From Pseudonocardia sp. (GTDB taxonomy: Bacteria; Actinomycetota; Actinomycetes; Mycobacteriales; Pseudonocardiaceae), in NCBI RefSeq assembly GCF_035305885.1, contig NZ_DATGOP010000102.1, forward strand, positions 18,847 to 82,846: a stretch of 64,000 nt of DNA. The letters run 5' to 3'. Position numbers and translations under genes: made by a program. The notes below the pieces were generated by a model. That model did no database searches, was not told the origin of the DNA, and saw only the letters and a list, made by a program, of their open reading frames with translations. Shown here in pieces: positions 19,042 to 28,334 of the stretch (positions within the stretch are counted from its first letter, which is position 1; each line of letters starts with the position of its first letter).

Positions 19042-19650
19042 CTACGACTCGAACGTGTCGCGCGCCACGTCCCCAGGTAGGGCAACGCCCGGCTGGGCCA
19101 GCAGCACTCGTCCCAACGCCGGACGGAACCGGGCCTCGACCTCCCCCGGATCGCGTGGGCCCCGGATCAGCGTCGTGAACATCAGGCCCTCCAGCGTGGC
19201 CAAGACCTCCTCGGCGGAGCGGGCCGGGTCGGTGGCGCCGAGCGTCCGCAGCACCTCGGCGGCGAACCCGCGGACGGTGTCGCCCGCCCGCAGCAGCACC
19301 TCGCGCAACTGCGGGTCGCGCAGGGCGGCGAGGTTCAGCTCGTAGCGGGCCACCGTGCGGTACCGCTGGGTGGTGACCCTCGAGACCGAGATGTCGACGA
19401 GGGCGTCGAACACGCCGCGCCCCGCCTCGGCGACGGCGCGGATGGCCCGTCCCTCGATGCCGAAGTCGAGCTCCACCAGCCGCTCCACGCACCCCGCCAC
19501 CAGCGCGGACCGGCTGCGGAAGTAGTACGACGTGCTGCCCTGCGGGATGCCCGCGGCAGCGTCGACGGCGCGGTGCGTGAGGCCCCGCATGCCGTGCTCG
19601 GCGATCACGTGCAGGGCGCCGTCGAGGATCTGGGTGCGGCGGTCGGGCAT
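19042..19650 (-). CDS. TetR/AcrR family transcriptional regulator
   Basis: 202 aa with an N-terminal HTH RRTQILDGALHVIAEHGMRGLTHRAVDAAAGIPQGSTSYYFRSR. Confidence 0.85.
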   Translation of the reverse strand: MPDRRTQILDGALHVIAEHGMRGLTHRAVDAAAGIPQGSTSYYFRSRSALVAGCVERLVELDFGIEGRAIRAVAEAGRGVFDALVDISVSRVTTQRYRTVARYELNLAALRDPQLREVLLRAGDTVRGFAAEVLRTLGATDPARSAEEVLATLEGLMFTTLIRGPRDPGEVEARFRPALGRVLLAQPGVALPGDVARDTFES

Positions 19651-19656
19651 GGGTCC

Positions 19657-19706
19657 TCTACATCTGTAGAACCGGATGGGGTACGGTCGACTCTACAGAC
19701 GTAGAG
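19657..19706. promoter_or_regulatory. two TetR-operator-like palindromes in divergent promoter region
   Basis: TCTACA-TC-TGTAGA (19657-19670) and CTCTAC-AGAC-GTAGAG (19691-19706). Both are perfect and share the core CTCTACA. They lie between the TetR start (19650) and the monooxygenase start (19715). Confidence 0.45.
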
Positions 19707-19714
19707 GGGGACTC

Positions 19715-20881
19715 ATGCACATCGCCGTGATCGGGGCCGGCCTCGGGGGGTTGGCGGCCGCGGTGGCCGCCGACCGGGCCGGGCACACCGTGACCGTCCT
19801 GGAACGCGCGCCGGCGCCACGGGAGGCGGGCGCGGGCATCGCGATCATGCCGAACGGCGTGCTCGCGCTCGACGCCCTCGGCGTCGGGGAGCCGGTGCGG
19901 GCGCAGGCCTGCGCGGGCGACACCGGCGGCGGGATGCGGGACCGCCACGGCAACCCGCTGCTGACCACCGAGCTGGCCACCGTGCGGGAGCGGGCGGGGG
20001 CCCCGCTCGTGGTGGTCCGCCGGTCCTGGCTGCACCGCCTGCTCCTCGACGCGCTCGCGCCGGGGATCGTGCTCACCGCGTCCCCGGTCAAGCAGCTGCG
20101 CGACGCGGGCGACCACGTCGAGCTGCGCACGGGCGGCGGCCCGGTGCACGCCGATGCGGTCGTCGTCGCCGACGGGGCGCGCAGCGCACTGCGGTCCGCG
20201 CTGCTGCCCCGCCACCCCGGCCTGCAGGGATCGGGCGAGTTCGCGGCGCGCGCGATCGCACCCGCCGCGCCGGCCGGCGTCGCGCTGCCGGTGGGCGAGC
20301 TGATCGATCACCGCACCGGCGACCGCTTCGGCTGCTTCCCGCTCGCCGACGGCGGCGTCTACTGGTTCTCCAGCTCGCACGAACCCGCCCCGGCCGACCC
20401 GGCGGAGCGGCACCGCTGGCTGCGCGAGCGCCGGTCCGGGTGGCACCCGGCGACGGTCGGGCTGATCGAGGCCACCGCGCCCGACGCGGTGCACGTGGTG
20501 GAGACCGCACAGCTGGTCCGGCCGCTGCCCACCCTCGTCAAGGGGCGGGTCGCGCTGCTCGGCGACGCCGCGCACGCGATGACGCCCGACCTGGGGCAGG
20601 GCGCCTGCCAGGCGTTCGAGGACGCAGCCACGCTGGGTGCCGTGCTCGACCGGGTGGGGCCCGCCGACGTGCCCGCCGCGCTGCGCGAGTACGACGCCGT
20701 GCGCCGGCCGCGCACGGCGAGCGTGCAGCGCGAGTGCCGCCGCGTGCACCGGTTGCTGGGCCTCACCGGCTGGCGCGGTCGGCTGCGTGACACGGCGCTG
20801 CGCCTGGTGCCGTCCGGGCTCGCCGTGCGCTCGCTCGCCGCCCAGTACCGCTTCGACATCCGCAGCAGCGTCCCGGCGTAG
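19715..20881 (+). CDS. FAD-dependent monooxygenase (aromatic-ring hydroxylase-like)
   Basis: MHIAVIGAGLGGLAAA (GxGxxG), GDAAHAMTPDLGQGACQAFEDA (FAD/DG motif region). RBS GAGGGGG at 19704-19710. Confidence 0.85.
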   Translation: MHIAVIGAGLGGLAAAVAADRAGHTVTVLERAPAPREAGAGIAIMPNGVLALDALGVGEPVRAQACAGDTGGGMRDRHGNPLLTTELATVRERAGAPLVVVRRSWLHRLLLDALAPGIVLTASPVKQLRDAGDHVELRTGGGPVHADAVVVADGARSALRSALLPRHPGLQGSGEFAARAIAPAAPAGVALPVGELIDHRTGDRFGCFPLADGGVYWFSSSHEPAPADPAERHRWLRERRSGWHPATVGLIEATAPDAVHVVETAQLVRPLPTLVKGRVALLGDAAHAMTPDLGQGACQAFEDAATLGAVLDRVGPADVPAALREYDAVRRPRTASVQRECRRVHRLLGLTGWRGRLRDTALRLVPSGLAVRSLAAQYRFDIRSSVPA

Positions 20882-20939
20882 GCGCCCCAGCCGGCCGGCG
20901 TCGGCCAGGCGAGCGGACGCGGGCCGGCCGGCACCCGGC

Positions 20940-21911
20940 TCAGCCGGGCAGGCGGACCCGGGCCAGCACCGCCCGGTGGTCGGTGCCGGCGAGGTCGACC
21001 ACCTCGAACCGCGTGGTCTCGGCGCCGGCGGGGACGAGCACGTGGTCGATCTGGATGCCGAGCCACCGCGGGGCGCCCGCCGGGAACGTGCCGACCAGCC
21101 AACGCCCGGTGCCCTCGGCCGCGCTGCGGCAGCCGCCCAACGCGGCCTGCAGCGCGGGGTGGTCGAACGTGGCGTTGAAGTCGCCCACCACGAGCGGCGC
21201 GACCGGTCCCGTGGTCCAGGACCGCACGAGCGCCAGCTCGTCGTGCCACCACGTGGTGCTGCGCCGCGACATCGGCGCGGTGGGGTGCACCGCGTAGAGG
21301 GTGCGTTCGCCCAGGATGCCGCCGGTGGCCTCCAGGTGCGGCAGCCGCATCCCGCGGCCCCGCACCACCCGCACGTCGCCCGCCCGCTCGCCGACCAGCA
21401 GGGTGACGTCGTAGCCGTCGCGGCGGCCGTCGTCGGCGGCCACCCAGGCGCGGTAGCCGAGCCCGGCCAGCAACGGCATGAGCTTGTCGCGGAAGTCGGC
21501 GCCCGCCTCGGGCAACACCACGAAGTCCGGGCGCTCGTCGGCCACGAGCGCGGCGAGCGCACCGGTGTCGGCGCGGCCGTGGCGGACGTTGGCGGTGAGG
21601 ACGGTGACGTCGCCCTCCCCCGGCGCGGCGGCGGGCCGACGGGCGGCGCGGCGCGCGACGGGAGCGCCCGCGGCGACCCCGGCCGCGGCGAGACCCGCGG
21701 CGAGGACCCGGGTGCGGGGCGCGAGCAACGCCGCCCCGGCGAGCGCGGCCACCGCCGCGTGCGGCCGCCAGGCCTGCCCGACCGCGGCGAACGTGGCCCG
21801 GCCGCCGCGCGCGAGCGCCGCGGCCATGTAGGTCTTCTGCTCGACCAACGGCCGGAGGCGCCGCGGGACGAGCGGGCGCACCAGCGCGGTCAGCAGCGGT
21901 ACCAGGGCCAT
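20940..21911 (-). CDS. endonuclease/exonuclease/phosphatase (EEP) family protein, membrane-anchored
   Basis: 323 aa with a hydrophobic N-terminal region, then VLTANVRHG...FVVLPEAG...VVGDFNAT...DHVL...GTDHRAV (EEP catalytic motifs). Confidence 0.8.
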   Translation of the reverse strand: MALVPLLTALVRPLVPRRLRPLVEQKTYMAAALARGGRATFAAVGQAWRPHAAVAALAGAALLAPRTRVLAAGLAAAGVAAGAPVARRAARRPAAAPGEGDVTVLTANVRHGRADTGALAALVADERPDFVVLPEAGADFRDKLMPLLAGLGYRAWVAADDGRRDGYDVTLLVGERAGDVRVVRGRGMRLPHLEATGGILGERTLYAVHPTAPMSRRSTTWWHDELALVRSWTTGPVAPLVVGDFNATFDHPALQAALGGCRSAAEGTGRWLVGTFPAGAPRWLGIQIDHVLVPAGAETTRFEVVDLAGTDHRAVLARVRLPG

Positions 21912-22036
21912 GGGGGCCGGAGTCCTTCCTCGGGGGCGCCCGGCGAAGCGGCGGCGGGCATCCGGTCAACGTCCGCGGCGCGCGGCCGGTTCCTCGGCTG
22001 CCGGCCGCGCCCGGGCACCCCACGGTATCGCCCCGA

Positions 22037-23257
22037 TCATGAGCCCGGTCGGAGGCGGGCGGCCAGCACCCCGAGGGTCAGCATGAGGCGGTCGCGGGGG
22101 TCGGCGATCGAGCGGCCGGTGGCGGCCTCGATGCGGCGCATCCGGTAGATCACCGTGTTGCGGTGGCAGAAGAGGGCGGCGGCCGCGTGCGTGGGTGAGC
22201 CGCCCGCGGCGAGCAGCTCCTCGAGGGTGCGCAGGAGCGTGTCCCGGTCGGCGGGCGGCAGGTCGAGCAGGCCGCCGAGCCCGGCCCGCGCCACGCGGGG
22301 GGCGAGCTCGGGGCTGTCGGCGAGCAGCGCCTCGGGCAGCCGCTCGTCCAGCTCGGCGAGTCCGGGGCCGTCGAGGGTGCGGGCCGCGGTGTGCGCGAGC
22401 CGGTAGGCCGTGTCGACGGCGGCCAGGCCGTCGACCACCGGGGAGACGCCCACGCGGCCGGTCGCGCACGGGCGCAGCGCGTCCAGCACGACCCGCGGGG
22501 AGCGGGTGCCCAGCGCGGCGACGCCGACCTCGTCGCGGGGCCGCAGGAACCAGGCCGACGCGACGCCGACGCCGGCGAGCGCCTCCTGCGGGCCGCGCAG
22601 CGCGTCCTCCCCGGACGGGTCGACCGGCGCGACGACGCACAGCACCGGCCCGGTCTCCGGGAGCCCGAGCACGGCCGCGGCGTCACGCAGGAACACCGGG
22701 TCGCTGCCCCGGCCCTCGATGAGCCCGTTGAGGACGGCGTGGCGGCGGCCCAGGTCGTGGCTGTGGGCGCGCAGCTCCTCCTGCCGGTAGGCCTTCACGA
22801 GCGCCGACGAGCTGCTGTCGTTGACCCGCCACACGTAGGTCGCCGCGTCGAGCAACGCGTCGTCGTAGCGGCCGTCGAACCGGCGCCGCGAGACCTCCAG
22901 CAGCGCCTCCCACAGCACCCGCCCGCCCAGCCGGTACGCGCGCAGCACCACCTCGAGGGGCACGCCGTCGCGGGCCCGCTTCCGCCCGGTCTCGCAGGAG
23001 GTGTCCTCGGGGTCGACGCCGTCGGGCACCCGGTCGGCGATCACCTGGACGCCGCGTTCGAGGTTGGCCCGGCAGGCGGCACGCAGCTCCTCGACCATGT
23101 TCCGCTCGGTGTAGCCGGGTTCGCGCTGCAGCACCAGGACGGTGAGCCGGTCGGCGAGGCCGTCGATGTCGTCCAGCAGCGCCTCGCCCAGCACGCGCAG
23201 CGCCTCGTCCGCGTCCGGCGGCAGCCGACGACCCTGCTGGCGCCCCGTGGGCAACAT
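22037..23257 (-). CDS. PucR/CdaR-family transcriptional regulator
   Basis: 406 aa. The C-terminal PucR HTH is TLEELLAAGGSPTHAAAALFCHRNTVIYRMRRIEAATG. Divergent from the ABC operon. Confidence 0.85.
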   Translation of the reverse strand: MLPTGRQQGRRLPPDADEALRVLGEALLDDIDGLADRLTVLVLQREPGYTERNMVEELRAACRANLERGVQVIADRVPDGVDPEDTSCETGRKRARDGVPLEVVLRAYRLGGRVLWEALLEVSRRRFDGRYDDALLDAATYVWRVNDSSSSALVKAYRQEELRAHSHDLGRRHAVLNGLIEGRGSDPVFLRDAAAVLGLPETGPVLCVVAPVDPSGEDALRGPQEALAGVGVASAWFLRPRDEVGVAALGTRSPRVVLDALRPCATGRVGVSPVVDGLAAVDTAYRLAHTAARTLDGPGLAELDERLPEALLADSPELAPRVARAGLGGLLDLPPADRDTLLRTLEELLAAGGSPTHAAAALFCHRNTVIYRMRRIEAATGRSIADPRDRLMLTLGVLAARLRPGS

Positions 23258-23418
23258 CCCGGCAGATTGCAGCAGCGCGCACAGCGTCGTCCAGCCCTCC
23301 GGGCGCCCCGCCCAGATTCCGGCTGTGGATGTTGGGCGGCGCGCCCATGGCGTTCGTTGGGCACGGCGCCCAAAGTGTGGAACCGGTCACCGCTGACAGC
23401 CCGGGAGGACGCACCGTC

Positions 23419-24204
23419 GTGAACCCACCCGCCGAGGACGTCCCGGTGTTCGCGGTGGAGCGGGTCGGCGTGCGGTTCGGCGGGCTCGTGGCGCTCGACG
23501 ACGTGTCGCTGTCGGTCGCGGGCGGCGCCGTCCACGGCGTGATCGGCCCGAACGGCGCGGGCAAGACCACCCTGTTCAACGTCTGCTGCGGGTTCGTGCG
23601 CCCCGACACCGGCCAGGTGCTGCGGCACGGCCGCCCGGTGCGCGACCTGCGCCCGCACCGGCTCGCGGGGATGGGCATCGCCCGCACCCTGCAGGGCGTC
23701 GGGCTGTTCCGCGGGCTGACGGTGGTCGAGAACGTCATGGTCGGCGCCGACCGGCACCGCCGCGCCGGGTTCGGCTCCACCCTGTTCGCGCTCCCCCGCT
23801 CCGACCGCGACGAGGACGCCCTGCGCGAGCGCGCGATGGCGGCGCTCGCGGAGCTGGGCGCCGACGCCTACGCCGACCGGCTGCCCGGCAGCCTTCCCTA
23901 CGCCGTGCAGAAGCGGGTGGCGCTCGCCCGCGCGCTCGCCGCGGACCCCGACCTGCTGCTGCTCGACGAGCCGGCGAGCGGCCTCGGCGCCGAGGAGATG
24001 GAGGAGCTGGGCGCGCTGATCCGCGGGCTCACCTCCCGGATGTCGGTGGTGCTGGTGGAGCACCACATGGACCTGGTGATGGCGGTCTGCGACCGCATCA
24101 CGGTGCTCGACTTCGGGCGGGTGGTGGCCGAGGGCACGCCGGAGGAGATCCGCGACGACGAGGCGGTCGTCGCCGCGTACCTGGGTGAGGAGGCGCGGCG
24201 GTGA
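23419..24204 (+). CDS. livG: branched-chain-amino-acid-type ABC transporter ATP-binding protein
   Basis: GPNGAGKTT, LPYAVQKRVALARAL and LLLLDEPASGL. I prefer GTG 23419 (RBS GGGAGGA at 23403-23409) over the ORF-track start at 23329. Confidence 0.85.
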   Translation: MNPPAEDVPVFAVERVGVRFGGLVALDDVSLSVAGGAVHGVIGPNGAGKTTLFNVCCGFVRPDTGQVLRHGRPVRDLRPHRLAGMGIARTLQGVGLFRGLTVVENVMVGADRHRRAGFGSTLFALPRSDRDEDALRERAMAALAELGADAYADRLPGSLPYAVQKRVALARALAADPDLLLLDEPASGLGAEEMEELGALIRGLTSRMSVVLVEHHMDLVMAVCDRITVLDFGRVVAEGTPEEIRDDEAVVAAYLGEEARR

Positions 24205-24224
24205 GGGCGGCGGCGGCGAAAGTG

Positions 24225-24273
24225 CAGGAAAGCCACACTCCTGAACCTGGGGTACAGCGATGTGGCTTTCCTG
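24225..24273. repeat. palindromic intergenic element, copy 1
   Basis: CAGGAAAGCCACA (24225-24237) and TGTGGCTTTCCTG (24261-24273) are perfect 13-nt inverted arms with a 23-nt spacer. The same arms and similar flanks recur at 51082-51134. Confidence 0.8.
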
Positions 24274-24292
24274 AAATCCCGGGAGGCCTGCC

Positions 24293-25012
24293 ATGAGCAC
24301 CGGCAGGCTCGAGGTGCGCGGGCTCACCACCGCCTACGGGGCCGTCGTCGCCCTGGACGGGGTCGACCTCGTCGCGGAGCCGGGGCGGATCACCGCCGTG
24401 CTGGGGGCGAACGGCGCGGGCAAGACCACGCTGCTGCGCACGGTCTCCGGGCTCGTGCGGCCGCAGGCGGGCGCGGTGCTGCTCGACGGCGCCGACCTCA
24501 CCCGCGCCGCCGCGGAGCAGATCGCCCGGGCCGGGATCGCCCACGTCCCCGAGGGCCGTGGCGTGATCACCGAGCTGACGGTCGAGGAGAACCTGCGCCT
24601 CGGCGCGATGCTCGGGGCGTCCCGGCAGCGCACCGACCGCGGGCTCGCGCAGGTCTACGAGATGTTCCCGCCGCTCGCGCAGCGCCGCCGCCGCGAGGCG
24701 CACACGCTCTCCGGCGGCGAGCGGCAGATGCTGGTGATCGGGCGCGCGCTGCTGTCCGGCCCGTCCGTGCTGCTGCTGGACGAGCCGTCGCTGGGGCTCG
24801 CGCCGCGGATCGTGGCGCAGATCTTCGAGCTGCTGCGCGGTCTCGTCGACGCCGAGGGCACCACCGTGCTGCTGGTGGAGCAGAACGCCCGCAGCGCCCT
24901 GTCCATCGCCGACGTCGGGGTCGTTCTGAACCTCGGCCGGGTGGTCGCCCAGGACAGCGCCGCCACCCTCGCCGCCGACGCCGCCCTCCGCCACGCCTAC
25001 CTCGGGTTCTAG
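24293..25012 (+). CDS. livF: branched-chain-amino-acid-type ABC transporter ATP-binding protein
   Basis: 239 aa with GANGAGKTT, LSGGERQMLVIGRAL and LLLLDEPSLGL. RBS GGGAGG at 24281-24286. Confidence 0.9.
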   Translation: MSTGRLEVRGLTTAYGAVVALDGVDLVAEPGRITAVLGANGAGKTTLLRTVSGLVRPQAGAVLLDGADLTRAAAEQIARAGIAHVPEGRGVITELTVEENLRLGAMLGASRQRTDRGLAQVYEMFPPLAQRRRREAHTLSGGERQMLVIGRALLSGPSVLLLDEPSLGLAPRIVAQIFELLRGLVDAEGTTVLLVEQNARSALSIADVGVVLNLGRVVAQDSAATLAADAALRHAYLGF

Positions 25013-25020
25013 GGAGCGCG

Positions 25021-25899
25021 ATGCAGCAGTTCCTCAACGTCACGCTGACCGGCATCGGCCAGGGCGCGGTCTACGCCGCGTTCGCGCTGGCGCTGGTGCT
25101 GATCTGGCGCTCGACCCGCATCGTCAACTTCGCCCAGGGCGCGATGGGCATGTTCACCACCTACCTCGCGCTGACGCTGATCGAGGCCGGCCAGTCGTAC
25201 TGGGTCGGGCTCGTGGTGGCGCTTTCGTCCGGGCTGGTGTTGGGGGCGGCGGTCGAGCGGCTGGTGATCCGCCGCGTCGAGGGCGGCCCCGAGCTCAACG
25301 CCGTGATCGTCACGCTCGGGCTGTTCGTGGCGCTGCAGGCGCTCGCCGCGATCCTGTTCGGCTCGACGTTCCGTTCCTTCCCCGCCCCGTTCGACCTGCG
25401 CGGGTTCACCGTCGGCGGGGTCAACATCGCGCTCACCCCCAACAGCATCTACGTGATCGGCGCGGTCCTGGTCGTGATGCTCGCGCTGGTGGCGCTGTTC
25501 CGCTTCACCGACCTCGGCCTGAAGATGCGCGCCGCCGCGTTCAACCAGGAGGTCTCCCGGCTGCTCGGCGTGCCGGTCGGGCGGATGCTCACGCTGGGGT
25601 GGGCGCTCGCCGCGGTCGTCGGATCCCTCGCCGGGCTGCTCATCGCGGGCGGGAACCTGGTCTTCCCCGCCTACATGGACGCCGTCATCGTCTACGGGTT
25701 CGTGGCCGCGGTGCTCGGCGGCCTCGACTCCCCCGGCGGCGCCGTCGTCGGCGGGCTCACGATCGGGCTGCTGCTGTCCTACGTGAGCGGGTACCTGGGC
25801 AGCGAGCTGGTCGCGCTGGCGGCGCTCGCGATCCTCGTGGCCGTGCTGCTGGTGCGCCCGCAGGGCCTCTTCGCGCGCACCGCGGCGAGGAGGGTCTGA
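25021..25899 (+). CDS. livH: branched-chain-amino-acid-type ABC transporter permease
   Basis: MQQFLNVTLTGIGQGAVYAAFALALVLIW...NFAQGAMGM is a LivH-type N-terminus. Multi-TM. Confidence 0.9.
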   Translation: MQQFLNVTLTGIGQGAVYAAFALALVLIWRSTRIVNFAQGAMGMFTTYLALTLIEAGQSYWVGLVVALSSGLVLGAAVERLVIRRVEGGPELNAVIVTLGLFVALQALAAILFGSTFRSFPAPFDLRGFTVGGVNIALTPNSIYVIGAVLVVMLALVALFRFTDLGLKMRAAAFNQEVSRLLGVPVGRMLTLGWALAAVVGSLAGLLIAGGNLVFPAYMDAVIVYGFVAAVLGGLDSPGGAVVGGLTIGLLLSYVSGYLGSELVALAALAILVAVLLVRPQGLFARTAARRV

Positions 25900-26993
25900 T
25901 GGTCCAGCAGACCGAACGGCCCGCCGCCCGGCCCGCCCCGCCGCTCACCCGCCGGCTGCGCTGGCGGCCCCGCTCCACGCTCGCCCGCCACGGGCTCGCG
26001 GTCCTCCTCGCGCTGGTCGCGGTGGTGGTCGTGGTGGAGACCACCAGCCCGTTCCGCAACTCGCAGCTCGCGACGATGTCCTACTACGCGATCGCCGCGG
26101 CCGGGCTCACCGTCCTCACCGGGCTGAACGGGCAGATCTCGCTGGGCCACGGCGCGCTGATGGCCGTCGGCGCCTACACGACCGGGCTGCTGCTCGGCCC
26201 GGACGGCGAGGGCGCCCCACCGCTGCCGCTGGTCATGCTCGCCGCCGCGGCCGTGACGGCGCTGGTCGGGGCGGTGGTCGGGGCGGCGGCCGCCCGGCTG
26301 CACGGCCCGTACCTCGCCGGTGCCACGCTGGCGCTGGCCGTGGCCGTGCCGGGGCTCGCCATCTACTTCGACCACCCGCTCGGCGGCGAACAGGGCCTGC
26401 GCATCGCCTCGCCGGACGTCCCCGACTGGTTCGACGCCGCGATCTGGTTCTTGTTCGCCCACGAGACGCCCGGCGCGAAGTACCTCGCCTACCTCGGCTG
26501 GGGCACGCTGCTGCTGGTCCTGCTGCTGCTCGCCAACCTCATGGCGGGCCGTGTCGGGCGGGTGTGGCGCGCGGTGCGCGACGACGAGGTGGCCGCCGAG
26601 CTCGCGGGCATCCGGCTGGGCCGGGTGCGGGTGCTGGCGTTCGTCGTGAGCGCCGCCTGCGCGGGCCTGGCGGGCGCGGTGCTCGGGGTCGTGGTCCGCC
26701 TCGCCGCGCCGAGCGGGTTCACGATCGTGCTGTCGCTCGGGCTGCTCACCGCCGTGGTCGTCGGCGGGCTGGGCAGCCTCACCGGCGCGCTGCTCGGCAG
26801 CGCGCTGCTGGTGTTCCTGCCGCCCGCGGTCACCAACCTCGGCATCGGCGCCGGGCTGGACGGCACGCAGGCGGCGCAGCTCGCCCCGTTCGTCTACGGC
26901 GTCGTGCTGGTCCTCGTGATGCTGCTGGCCCCGTCCGGGGCGGTGGGCGTGCTGAAGACGGTCTGGGGTCGCCGGAGGAGGTCACCACGATGA
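25899..26993 (+). CDS. livM: branched-chain-amino-acid-type ABC transporter permease
   Basis: The ATG overlaps the livH TGA by 1 nt (TGATG). LTGLNGQISLGHGALMAVGAYT is a LivM signature region. Confidence 0.9.
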   Translation: MVQQTERPAARPAPPLTRRLRWRPRSTLARHGLAVLLALVAVVVVVETTSPFRNSQLATMSYYAIAAAGLTVLTGLNGQISLGHGALMAVGAYTTGLLLGPDGEGAPPLPLVMLAAAAVTALVGAVVGAAAARLHGPYLAGATLALAVAVPGLAIYFDHPLGGEQGLRIASPDVPDWFDAAIWFLFAHETPGAKYLAYLGWGTLLLVLLLLANLMAGRVGRVWRAVRDDEVAAELAGIRLGRVRVLAFVVSAACAGLAGAVLGVVVRLAAPSGFTIVLSLGLLTAVVVGGLGSLTGALLGSALLVFLPPAVTNLGIGAGLDGTQAAQLAPFVYGVVLVLVMLLAPSGAVGVLKTVWGRRRRSPR

Positions 26994-28306
26994 AGGCAAG
27001 GGCTCTCTGCGCCGCGGTGGCGGCGGTGCTGCTGCTCAGCTCCTGCGGCGCCGGTGGGCGCCCGCAAGGGGGTGGGGGCGGCGACGGCGAGGCGGAGGTC
27101 GGCATCACGCCGACGTCGGTGAAGGTCGGCGCCCACTTCCCGCTCACCGGCGTGGCCGCGCCGGGCTACAGCGAGATCCCGACGGGCGCGAAGGCCTACT
27201 TCGACTTCGTCAACGCCCACGGCGGCGTGCACGGCCGCCAGATCGAGTACATCTTCCGCGACGACGCCTACAACCCGACCCAGACCAGCCAGGTCGTCAA
27301 CGAGCTGGTGCTGCAGGACCAGGTGTTCGCGATCGTGGGCGGGCTGGGCACGCCCACCCACTCGGCGGTGCTCGACTACCTCAACGGCGAGGGCGTGCCC
27401 GACCTGTTCGTCTCCTCCGGCTCGCTGCTGTGGGACCAGCCGCAGGAGAACCCGATGACGTTCGGCTGGCAGCCGGACTACGAGGTCGAGGCCAAGATCA
27501 TCGGGCAGTACGTGGCGCAGAACTTCCCCGACGCCCGGGTCGGGCTGTTCCTGCAGGACGACGACCTCGGCCGCGACGCCGAGATCGGGGCGCGCCGCTA
27601 CCTGGAGGACCAGATCGTGGCCGCCGAGCGGTACACGCCCGGCAACACCGACGTGGCGCCGCAGATCGCCGCGCTGCAGGCGGCGGGCGCCGACCTCGTG
27701 ATCGGGTTCAACGTGCCGTCGTACACGGCGCTGTCGCAGCTGCAGTCGCTTCGGCTGAACTACACGCCGCAGTGGATCTACTCCAACATCGGCTCCGACC
27801 CGGCGCTCGTCGGCTCGCTGCTCGCCCGCTTCTCCGAGGGCGCCGTGACCGACGCCGGGCTCCTGGAGGGCGTGCTGACCACCGAGTACCTGCCCGGCGT
27901 CGACACCCCGGAGAGCCCGTGGACGCAGCTGTTCCAGCGCGTCTGGGACGAGCACGGCGGCGAGGGCGAGCTCACCAACTACCGCATCTACGGCATGGCC
28001 GAGGCGTACACGTTCGTGCAGGCGCTGCAGGCCGCCGGCCCGAACCCGACGCGTGAGGGCATCGTCGAGGCGGTCGAGCGGGTGGGTTCGACGTTCACCG
28101 GGCCGTGGGTGGCGCCGTTCCGCTACTCGGCCGACCGGCACGCGGGCATCTCCGGCGTACGGGTCTCGCGGATCACCGGCGGCGGCACCGAGTTCCTCAC
28201 CCCGGTGCTGGTCACCGACAACGGCGACGCCCCGATCACCGAGCTCGCCGAGGAGCCCGCCCCGCCGCCCGCGGACGGCGTCCCGGACGTGCAGCCGGCG
28301 AGCTGA
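26990..28306 (+). CDS. ABC transporter substrate-binding lipoprotein (LivK/amide-urea binding family)
   Basis: ATGA overlap with livM. Signal peptide plus lipobox MKARALCAAVAAVLLLSSCG. Type-1 periplasmic binding fold region GVHGRQIEYIFRDDAYNP. Confidence 0.9.
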   Translation: MKARALCAAVAAVLLLSSCGAGGRPQGGGGGDGEAEVGITPTSVKVGAHFPLTGVAAPGYSEIPTGAKAYFDFVNAHGGVHGRQIEYIFRDDAYNPTQTSQVVNELVLQDQVFAIVGGLGTPTHSAVLDYLNGEGVPDLFVSSGSLLWDQPQENPMTFGWQPDYEVEAKIIGQYVAQNFPDARVGLFLQDDDLGRDAEIGARRYLEDQIVAAERYTPGNTDVAPQIAALQAAGADLVIGFNVPSYTALSQLQSLRLNYTPQWIYSNIGSDPALVGSLLARFSEGAVTDAGLLEGVLTTEYLPGVDTPESPWTQLFQRVWDEHGGEGELTNYRIYGMAEAYTFVQALQAAGPNPTREGIVEAVERVGSTFTGPWVAPFRYSADRHAGISGVRVSRITGGGTEFLTPVLVTDNGDAPITELAEEPAPPPADGVPDVQPAS

Positions 28307-28334
28307 CGCCGGGACCGGCGTAGATCCACCGCAC

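Noticed and set aside
24262-25020. ORF 24262..25899 as one 545-aa protein starting in the hairpin
   Set aside because: The first 250 aa are R/G/A-rich and out of frame with the clear livF gene. livH begins at ATG 25021 with a typical LivH N-terminus.
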